Of a stretch of DNA of 64,000 nt, positions 57,524 through 64,000 are shown one piece after another; the first letter of the stretch is position 1; each line of letters opens with the position of its first letter. Origin of the DNA: Candidatus Latescibacterota bacterium (lineage in GTDB: Bacteria; Latescibacterota; UBA2968; UBA8231); assembly GCA_964291625.2 (NCBI GenBank), contig OZ220089.1:128001-192000 (forward strand). Reading direction: 5' to 3'. The translations under genes and the position numbers were made by a program. The notes under the pieces are model-generated. The model did no database searches and was not told the DNA's origin. It saw only the letters and a list, made by a program, of their open reading frames with translations.

Positions 57524-59038
57524 ATGGTCACTCACCGGGTGCGGACGCACCCCGAAGGGCATGTCCTGCCGCCGCAGGAGCAGCTGGCGTGGAAAATCGC
57601 CGCCGTGGCCGCCGCCGCTCCGGCCGGCGCCGACGACGCTGCCGAGATGGTCGGCAACCGGATCATCGACAACGCCGCGGTGGCCGCCGCCGCCTTCGAT
57701 CGCGCCCCCGTGCGGAACGCCCGCCTCCTCGCCCTCGGCTATCCCCACCCCGGGGGCCGGGGGGCCAGCCTCTTCGGCCTGCCGCCGGAGCGCACCGTCC
57801 ACTGCGAATGGGCCGCCCTGGCCAACGGCGTGGCCGTGCGCGAGCTCGACTTCCACGACTGCTTCCTCGCCGCCGACTACTCCCATCCTGCCGACACGAT
57901 CCCCGGCGTGCTGGCCGCCGCCCAGCAGACAGGCCGCGCCGGCGCCGACCTGGTGCGCGGCATCCTGGTGGCCTACGAGACCCAGATCTCCCTAGTGCGG
58001 AGCGTCTGCCTGCACGAGCACAAGATCGACCACGTGGCCCACCTCGCCCCCGCCGTCGCTGCCGGCGTCGGCGCCCTGCTGAAGCTGCCGGTGGAGACGA
58101 TCTTCCAGGCCGTGAACCAGGCCGTTCACCTCGGGTGCTCGACGCGGCAGTCGCGCAAGGGGGACATCACCAGCTGGAAGGCGTATGCCCCGGGCCAGTC
58201 CGGCAAGACCGCCCTGGAGGCGGTGGGCCGCTCACTCCTCGGCGAGCGCGCGCCCTCGCCGATCTACGAGGGGCGCGACGGCGTCATCGCCTGGCTCCTC
58301 TCCGGTCCCGACGCCGAGTACGAGGTCTCCCTGCCGCCCCCGGGAGAGCCCACGCGGGCGATCCTCGATTCCTACACCAAGGAGCACTCCGCCGAGTACC
58401 AGGCCCAGGCCCTGATCGACATCGGGTTCGCTCTCCACGCCCGCGGCCTCGACCTGGAAGCCGTGCGCGAGGTGATTGTGCGCACCAGCCACCACACCCA
58501 CTTCGTCATCGGCACGGGTTCCAGGGACCCGGAGAAAATGGATCCTTCCGCCTCGCGGGAAACCCTCGACCACAGCGGCATGTACATCCTCACCGTGGCC
58601 TGGGAGGACGGCCGCTGGCACCACGTCGACTCGTACACGCCGGAGCGGGCCAACCGCCCGTCCACGATCTCCCTGTGGCGGAAGGTGCGCACCGAGGAGG
58701 TGGAGGAGTGGACCCGGGCCTACCACGAGTCCGACTTCCGGCGGCGGAGGTTCGGCGCCGAGGTGGTGGTGCGGATGGCCGACGGTTCCGAGGTGGTGGA
58801 GCGCCTCGACAACCCCAACGCCCACTCCCTGGGAGCGCGTCCCTTCGAGCGCCCGGACTACATCGGCAAGCTGCGGTCGCTTGGGGAAGGACTCGCCGCC
58901 CCGGAGGAGGTCGAACGCTTCCTGGGACTGGTGGAGCGGCTGCCGGAGCTGGTGCCGGAGGAGGTGCGGCGGCTCAGCCTGACCCTGCGGGCGGGCCGGG
59001 AGGATGAAGGGGTGGAGCGCGTTGGGATCCTGGCCTGA
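57524..59038 (+). CDS. prpD: MmgE/PrpD-family 2-methylcitrate dehydratase
   Basis: C-terminal 504 aa of track ORF 55682..59038: VRELDFHD..SHP, KIDHVAH, QSRKGDITSWK, KEHSAEYQAQ, SRETLDHS. Confidence 0.88.
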   Translation: MVTHRVRTHPEGHVLPPQEQLAWKIAAVAAAAPAGADDAAEMVGNRIIDNAAVAAAAFDRAPVRNARLLALGYPHPGGRGASLFGLPPERTVHCEWAALANGVAVRELDFHDCFLAADYSHPADTIPGVLAAAQQTGRAGADLVRGILVAYETQISLVRSVCLHEHKIDHVAHLAPAVAAGVGALLKLPVETIFQAVNQAVHLGCSTRQSRKGDITSWKAYAPGQSGKTALEAVGRSLLGERAPSPIYEGRDGVIAWLLSGPDAEYEVSLPPPGEPTRAILDSYTKEHSAEYQAQALIDIGFALHARGLDLEAVREVIVRTSHHTHFVIGTGSRDPEKMDPSASRETLDHSGMYILTVAWEDGRWHHVDSYTPERANRPSTISLWRKVRTEEVEEWTRAYHESDFRRRRFGAEVVVRMADGSEVVERLDNPNAHSLGARPFERPDYIGKLRSLGEGLAAPEEVERFLGLVERLPELVPEEVRRLSLTLRAGREDEGVERVGILA

Positions 59039-59048
59039 GCCGGAGGCC

Positions 59049-59852
59049 TCAGTTGCGGCGCAGCAGTTCCTCCCAGGTGTCGGCGGCTTCCCAGCCCAGC
59101 AGGCGGCGGGCCTTGTCGACGCGGTACTTCCGGTGCGGCTGCCCGGCGCAGATGAGAAAGACCTCATGGGGAGAGGGCATGGCCGGGGCTCGAAGGCCGT
59201 GGAGCATGGCCCGGCCCGTGTCCTCCCAGGAGACGGTGAAGGGACCGACGCCGCCCCCGCGCTCCTCGGGGAGGATCTCCCTCGGCCGGAAGAGGCAGTA
59301 GAGGAATGTCAGGGTCTCGACTCCTCGGCTCTCGGCGAAGACCCTGGTGATCTCGCCTCCCAGGTACTTGGTCAGCGCGTAGAGATCGTCCCCCGGGTGC
59401 AGGGGGACCTCGTCCGGTACGTCGTGGTCGTGCCAGGAGTCGGCGGCGTGGTGGAGGGCCACGTGGAAGGGCCCGGTGTGGATCAGCCGCTCGAGCCCGC
59501 ACTCGGCGGCGGCCCGGGCCACGTGGAAGGCGCCCACGGTGTTGACGGTGAAAGCCTTCTCCGGATGGTCCCTCAGGACGGTGACATTGATGGCCGCGTC
59601 CATGCCCCGGCAGGCCTCCAGGACCTGGTCGTAGCGGGTGATGTCCACGACTCTGCGCTCGTGGGGCGCAGGTAGGAGCGGGGGCAGGGGCGCCCTGGCG
59701 CTCTGGCGCCGCTCCTCGGCCACGATCCGGTCGAGGGGCGCCAGATCGGTGCAGCGCAGCGTATAGTGGTCCTTCAGGGCCTCCATCGTCGTCGCCCCCA
59801 CCGGCCCGCCGGCCCCGAAGATCACCACCTTCCCCCCGTCGACCGCGGCCAT
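59049..59852 (-). CDS. NAD-dependent epimerase/dehydratase (extended SDR, uronate dehydrogenase-like)
   Basis: FGAGGPVG Rossmann motif and YALTK catalytic motif. Confidence 0.8.
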   Translation of the reverse strand: MAAVDGGKVVIFGAGGPVGATTMEALKDHYTLRCTDLAPLDRIVAEERRQSARAPLPPLLPAPHERRVVDITRYDQVLEACRGMDAAINVTVLRDHPEKAFTVNTVGAFHVARAAAECGLERLIHTGPFHVALHHAADSWHDHDVPDEVPLHPGDDLYALTKYLGGEITRVFAESRGVETLTFLYCLFRPREILPEERGGGVGPFTVSWEDTGRAMLHGLRAPAMPSPHEVFLICAGQPHRKYRVDKARRLLGWEAADTWEELLRRN

Positions 59853-59853
59853 C

Positions 59854-60492
59854 TCAACTCCCGCCGGTGAGGACGTGGTCCACGCTCCAGCAGTACCCGT
59901 CGGCAGCCGCTTCGCGGCCCAGGGCCGCGGCGACGGCCTGCACGGCTTCCCAGGAGGACGTGCCTTCCGGATCGTCGAGATCCCCCATGCGCAGACACCG
60001 CACCTCGACGGCGCCCGTGCGCGCGATCTCGCGGCAGACGAGCTCCGCCAGGTACGGCGCCAGGGACTCGCCGTCGGGGCGCGGCCGGGGACGCCACCAC
60101 GGTTCGACGACGTAGTCCGCGGGGTAGTCCTGCATGAGCGAGAAGGGACTCACGAGGACGATGCGGCCGATCCCCGCCTCGCGGGCGGTCTGCACGAGGA
60201 CGTAGGTGCCCCGGCTGAGAGCGTCCAGCCACTCCGCCTCCGCCGCGGAGCCCTCCCCCGCGGACGGACCATGGGGCTGAGCGTGGACGACGGCCGCGGC
60301 GCCCTGCAGGGCCTCGCGGGCGCCCTCGGGGAGGCGCAGGTCGGAGGATCGGTAGTCCATGACTCCATCGAGATCGGCCGCGGGACCTGGGCTCTCGCCG
60401 ATGGCGATGACCCCTCCGGCAGCAGACAGGCCCCGGCAGAGCGCCGCCCCCATGGGCCGGTCGGCTCCGGTGACGGCCACGGGGCCGGTCAC
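59854..60492 (-). CDS. Degenerate extended-SDR family protein
   Basis: VAVTGADRPMG, GTYVL..AREAGIGRIV, LRMG; no clear YxxxK motif. Confidence 0.65.
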   Translation of the reverse strand: MTGPVAVTGADRPMGAALCRGLSAAGGVIAIGESPGPAADLDGVMDYRSSDLRLPEGAREALQGAAAVVHAQPHGPSAGEGSAAEAEWLDALSRGTYVLVQTAREAGIGRIVLVSPFSLMQDYPADYVVEPWWRPRPRPDGESLAPYLAELVCREIARTGAVEVRCLRMGDLDDPEGTSSWEAVQAVAAALGREAAADGYCWSVDHVLTGGS

Positions 60493-61307
60493 CACGACAG
60501 CTTGGAGGTCAGGTTGTGGAAGAAGTAACTCGGCTCGAAGTAGATCAGCCGCGCCGTGCGCTCCGAGGAGCCGATCTCCACGTCGTCGCCCGGGGCGAGC
60601 TCTCCCATGCGCCGGCCGTCAGCGGTGAGCAGAACCTCGGGCTCCCGGGTCTCGGGGCTCACATGGAGTCGCACCCGGGCCTCGGGCCGCAGGATCAGGG
60701 ACCGGGAGGTGAAGTTGTATTCGTTGATCCCGTCGAGCACGAGACAGCGGACCTCGGGGGTCACGATGGGAGCGCCCGTGGCCAGGAGGAAGCCGGTGCT
60801 CCCGGTGGGGGTGCCGACGACGACGCCGTCGCCGCATATCGTCCGGATCTTCGATCCGTCGACGAAGACGTCGATGAAGACGAGGCGGTTGCTGCTGCGT
60901 ACCAGCACCTCGTTCACGGCGCGCACCTCGCCGCCGGGGTAGCGGCAGGTGAGGGCGAGCCGCTCACTGAGGATGTAGTCACCGGCCGCCAGGCGGCCGA
61001 GGATTCCTTCCAGGTCGGAGCGGTCGCCGGCGGTGAGGAAGCCAACGGTGCCGTAGTTGATGGCCAGCACCGGGGCCTCCGGACAGAGATCCAGGGCGCG
61101 CAGGACGGTGCCGTCCCCGCCCATGGCCATCACCAGGTCGAGATCTTCCGGCGGCTGCGCACCGTCCTCCAGAACGCACAACTCGATACCGTGCCCGTGC
61201 AGCAGGCGGCGCATCTCTTCGAGGGGAAAGGGCTGTCCCTCGTCGCGCAGGAGGGCACCGATCCTGCGGAGGGAGGGCACCCCGGCCGGTCCCGTCCTAT
61301 CCGGCAC
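60489..61307 (-). CDS. nadK: NAD(+) kinase
   Basis: GGDGT, GTVGFL, AVNE, GDGVVVGTPTGSTG motifs. Confidence 0.9.
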   Translation of the reverse strand: MPDRTGPAGVPSLRRIGALLRDEGQPFPLEEMRRLLHGHGIELCVLEDGAQPPEDLDLVMAMGGDGTVLRALDLCPEAPVLAINYGTVGFLTAGDRSDLEGILGRLAAGDYILSERLALTCRYPGGEVRAVNEVLVRSSNRLVFIDVFVDGSKIRTICGDGVVVGTPTGSTGFLLATGAPIVTPEVRCLVLDGINEYNFTSRSLILRPEARVRLHVSPETREPEVLLTADGRRMGELAPGDDVEIGSSERTARLIYFEPSYFFHNLTSKLSW

Positions 61308-62214
61308 GCGCCTCCGTGCCGGCCTGGGCCTCGTACGCCTTGATCAGCGCCTGGGTGCCGTCGTCGGCGCCGCCGAGGCGCTCGACGATGTTGAAGTACT
61401 GGTGGGCGATACTCGTGCCCGGCAGGGCCAGCTTGACGTCGTTGGCCGCCTCGAGGACGAGCTTGAGGTCCTTCTGCTGCAAGCGCACCATGAACCCCGG
61501 ATCGAAGTCCCCCTTGAGAATCCGCGGGCCCAGATTGGTCATCTGCCAGGAGCCGGCGGCGCCGCCGGAGATGGCGTCGAGGACCTTCCCCACGTCCATG
61601 TCGGAGGCCGCCGCCAGCATCAGGGCCTCGGCCATGGCCAGGTTGGCGCAGGCCACGGCGATCTGATTGCAGGCCTTGGTCGTCTGCCCGGCGCCGCTGC
61701 CGCCGATGAGGTTGACATTCTTTCCCATGGCCTCGAAGACGGGCAGACAGTCGTCGAAGACGGACTGCTCGCCCCCTACCATGATCGACAGCGTCCCCTG
61801 CTGGGCCCCCACGTCGCCGCCGCTCACCGGCGCGTCGAGCATGTGCACGCCCGACTCCTGCAGGCGTGCGGAGATCTCGCGGGTGGCGCGGGGCGAGATG
61901 GTGCTCATGTCGATGACGGTAGCCCCCCTGCGGGCGCCGTGGACGACGCCCTCCTCGCCGAGGATCACCGCCTCCACGTCGGGGGTGTCGGTGACGATGG
62001 TGATGATCACATCGCTGCCTTCGGCCGCCTCCCTCGGGGAGGCCGCACGGAGGCCGCCGGCCTCGACCACCTCCTGCACGCCGGGACGGTCGGAGCGGTT
62101 GTAGACCTTCAGCGAAAACCCGGCCTTCATGAGATTCAGAGCCATGGGGGCGCCCATGATCCCGAGGCCGACGAAGCCGATGCGCGTCTCTGTGGGTGTG
62201 GCTGGCATGACCAA
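61297..62214 (-). CDS. Beta-hydroxyacid dehydrogenase (2-hydroxy-3-oxopropionate reductase GarR/GlxR-like)
   Basis: GFVGLGIMGAPMA, DAPVSGG, GAGQTTKACNQ, FDPGF..KDL. Confidence 0.88.
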   Translation of the reverse strand: MVMPATPTETRIGFVGLGIMGAPMALNLMKAGFSLKVYNRSDRPGVQEVVEAGGLRAASPREAAEGSDVIITIVTDTPDVEAVILGEEGVVHGARRGATVIDMSTISPRATREISARLQESGVHMLDAPVSGGDVGAQQGTLSIMVGGEQSVFDDCLPVFEAMGKNVNLIGGSGAGQTTKACNQIAVACANLAMAEALMLAAASDMDVGKVLDAISGGAAGSWQMTNLGPRILKGDFDPGFMVRLQQKDLKLVLEAANDVKLALPGTSIAHQYFNIVERLGGADDGTQALIKAYEAQAGTEARAG

Positions 62215-62227
62215 GTGCTCTCCTGGG

Positions 62228-64000
62228 TCAGAAGTTCGAATAGAACTGGTGCCGGTTGTCCTCGATGTCGGCGTTCTCGTAGATCTGCGCGTACCACACC
62301 TGCAGCGACTCGGCGCGGCGCATCTGCAGCAGCTCCGCCTCGACCGAGGCCCGCTCCTCCTCGAAGGCGGCCTCGTCGATGGCGGTCTTCTCGGTCAGGT
62401 GCAGGAGGTAGGCGCCGTTGCCCTGGACCACGACGCCGCTCACCTGGCCGGCCTCCAGGGCGAAGGCGGCGCCGGCGAACTCGCCGCCCCGGCCGACACC
62501 GGGGACGAAGTCCATTCTCGCGAAGGGCCCGCCGGTGCGGACCTCGAGTCCCTCGGCGGCCACGGCGTCGGCAAAGCCCTGCCCCGCCTCCACCGCCTCC
62601 TTCACCGGGAGCAGCTTCTCGCCGGCGATCTCGGAGCGCTTGAGGCGCCGCACCGACGACTCCAGCTGCGGCCGGACCTCCTCGAGAGGGAGGACGCCCT
62701 CGGCCCGGCGCCCGGTGAGCTCGGCCACGAAGTACCCCGCCTCGGTGCTGCCCACGGGACTCTGCTCGCCGACCTCGCTGTCGAAGAGCCGGCCCACGAC
62801 CCAGCCCGTGCCGCCGCCCGTCACGCCCGGAAGCGACCCCCCGCGGCCGATCCAGCCGGCCTCGCGGACCTCCAGCCCCTCGCCGAGCGCCGCCTGGCGC
62901 AACCCGCCCTCGGCCGCGGCGGCCGCCAGGGCCTCGGCCCGCTCGAGGATCTCGTCTTCCGACTGCGGCGAGGCCCGGTGCTTGAGCAGGAGGTGCCGGG
63001 CCCGGACGCGCTCCTCCTCCCCGGGCTCGGCGGCGGGCCTCTCCTCTACCTTGATGAGGTGCCAGCCGTACATGGTCTGCACCGGCTGAGAGACCTCGCC
63101 CGGGGCCAAGGCGAAGGCCGCCTCCTCGAACTCGGGTACCATGGAGCCGCGGCCGAAGAGACCGAGGTCGCCGCCGTTCTCCGCGGTGCCCTCGTCGTCC
63201 GACATGGCCGACGCCATGTCGCCGAAGTCGGCTCCCGCCTCGACGATCTCGCGCCGCAGGCGAAGGATCTCCTCGGCCACCCCGGCCGAGTCCGCGGCGC
63301 TCGGTTGGCGGGGCATGAGCACGTAGATCACCTGGATCTGCTCGGGGTGCAGGAAGTCGGACTCGCGCTCCTCGTACCGGGCCCGCAGATCCTCGTCGGT
63401 CACCGTCACGCCTGCGGCCGGGACCGTCGACACCGGCACGAAGGCGTACTCGACGGTGGCCCTCTCGTTGCGGTCCTCGTAGTGCCGGCGGACCTCCTGG
63501 GGGGTCACACGGGCCGTCTCGGCCAGCAACCCCTGCAGGCGCCGGGCGATCAGCTGCTGGTGGATCATGCGCTCCACCTGGGCGATGAAGGGGCGTTGCT
63601 CCCGCACCGTGGTCTCGTCGCTGAAGATCTGCTGGTAGAGCTCGAGGTCGAACTCGCCGTCGCGCTGGAAGGCGGACAGCTCCCGAACCACGTCCGGCGG
63701 CGAGTTCCTCGCGTAGAAGGCGAGCTCCTCGTCGGTGATCTCGATGCCCAGGCGGTGGACCTCCTGGCGCAGCAGGACCTCCGAGACCAGGGCCTGCCAG
63801 ACCTCGCCCACGAGCTGATCGGTCTCCCCCCCCTCCTGCCGGCGCAGGCGCGCCGCGTTCTGCAGCGCCTGCTGGAAGAGGCGGTAGGAGACCTGCTCCC
63901 CGTTGATGGAGCCCACCACGTCCGTGCCCCGCCCAGTGGACGTGCCGGAGTAGTCGGCTCCCCATTCCACGACGATCAGCCCTACAAAGGCGAGGATCAC
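62228..64000 (-). CDS. PpiD/SurA-like membrane-anchored peptidyl-prolyl isomerase, 5' end off the window
   Basis: N-terminal TM segment, VGSINGEQVS, parvulin motif GGDLGLFGRGSMVPEFEEAAF..GEVSQPVQTMYGWHLIK. Confidence 0.88.
   Translation of the reverse strand: MILAFVGLIVVEWGADYSGTSTGRGTDVVGSINGEQVSYRLFQQALQNAARLRRQEGGETDQLVGEVWQALVSEVLLRQEVHRLGIEITDEELAFYARNSPPDVVRELSAFQRDGEFDLELYQQIFSDETTVREQRPFIAQVERMIHQQLIARRLQGLLAETARVTPQEVRRHYEDRNERATVEYAFVPVSTVPAAGVTVTDEDLRARYEERESDFLHPEQIQVIYVLMPRQPSAADSAGVAEEILRLRREIVEAGADFGDMASAMSDDEGTAENGGDLGLFGRGSMVPEFEEAAFALAPGEVSQPVQTMYGWHLIKVEERPAAEPGEEERVRARHLLLKHRASPQSEDEILERAEALAAAAAEGGLRQAALGEGLEVREAGWIGRGGSLPGVTGGGTGWVVGRLFDSEVGEQSPVGSTEAGYFVAELTGRRAEGVLPLEEVRPQLESSVRRLKRSEIAGEKLLPVKEAVEAGQGFADAVAAEGLEVRTGGPFARMDFVPGVGRGGEFAGAAFALEAGQVSGVVVQGNGAYLLHLTEKTAIDEAAFEEERASVEAELLQMRRAESLQVWYAQIYENADIEDNRHQFYSNF

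Noticed and set aside
55682-59038. Apparent glycosyltransferase-PrpD fusion (1118 aa)
   Set aside because: Produced by the frameshift near 55910 and a stop-free GC-rich frame; prpD has its own GGAG RBS and ATG at 57524.
1-64000. tRNA, rRNA, transposase, integrase or prophage genes
   Set aside because: None recognisable; composition looks uniform and no terminal repeats were seen.

Overview
High-GC bacterial window, densely coding. The protein families suggest an FCB-superphylum organism such as Ca. Latescibacterota (inference). In order it contains: (1) the start of a catabolic bacterial microcompartment (BMC) operon with PduL, an acylating aldehyde dehydrogenase, four pentamer genes, one hexamer gene and one double-domain shell gene, placed 6 bp behind ispH; (2) queC, an N,N-dimethylformamidase-like gene and queF; (3) an ilvC-leuA-leuC-leuD-leuB-cimA-argJ-aminotransferase-accA operon with a near-consensus promoter and a candidate Leu/Ile-rich leader peptide; (4) assorted sugar and ester catabolic genes; (5) a 16.5-kb cluster of uncharacterised exported proteins: three paralogues with a T9SS/FlgD-like C-terminal domain, two paralogous 938- and 995-aa probable outer-membrane proteins, a lipoprotein foldase, and two tandem-duplicated proteins ending in TAVESNSWGxVKAS. 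This cluster is the best candidate for an undescribed secretion or surface-display system; (6) further catabolic and housekeeping genes (prpD, nadK, garR-like, ppiD-like). Four genes carry single frameshifts, most likely assembly indels. I saw no rRNA, tRNA, CRISPR array or mobile element. All calls come from reading motifs by eye; no database searches were run.
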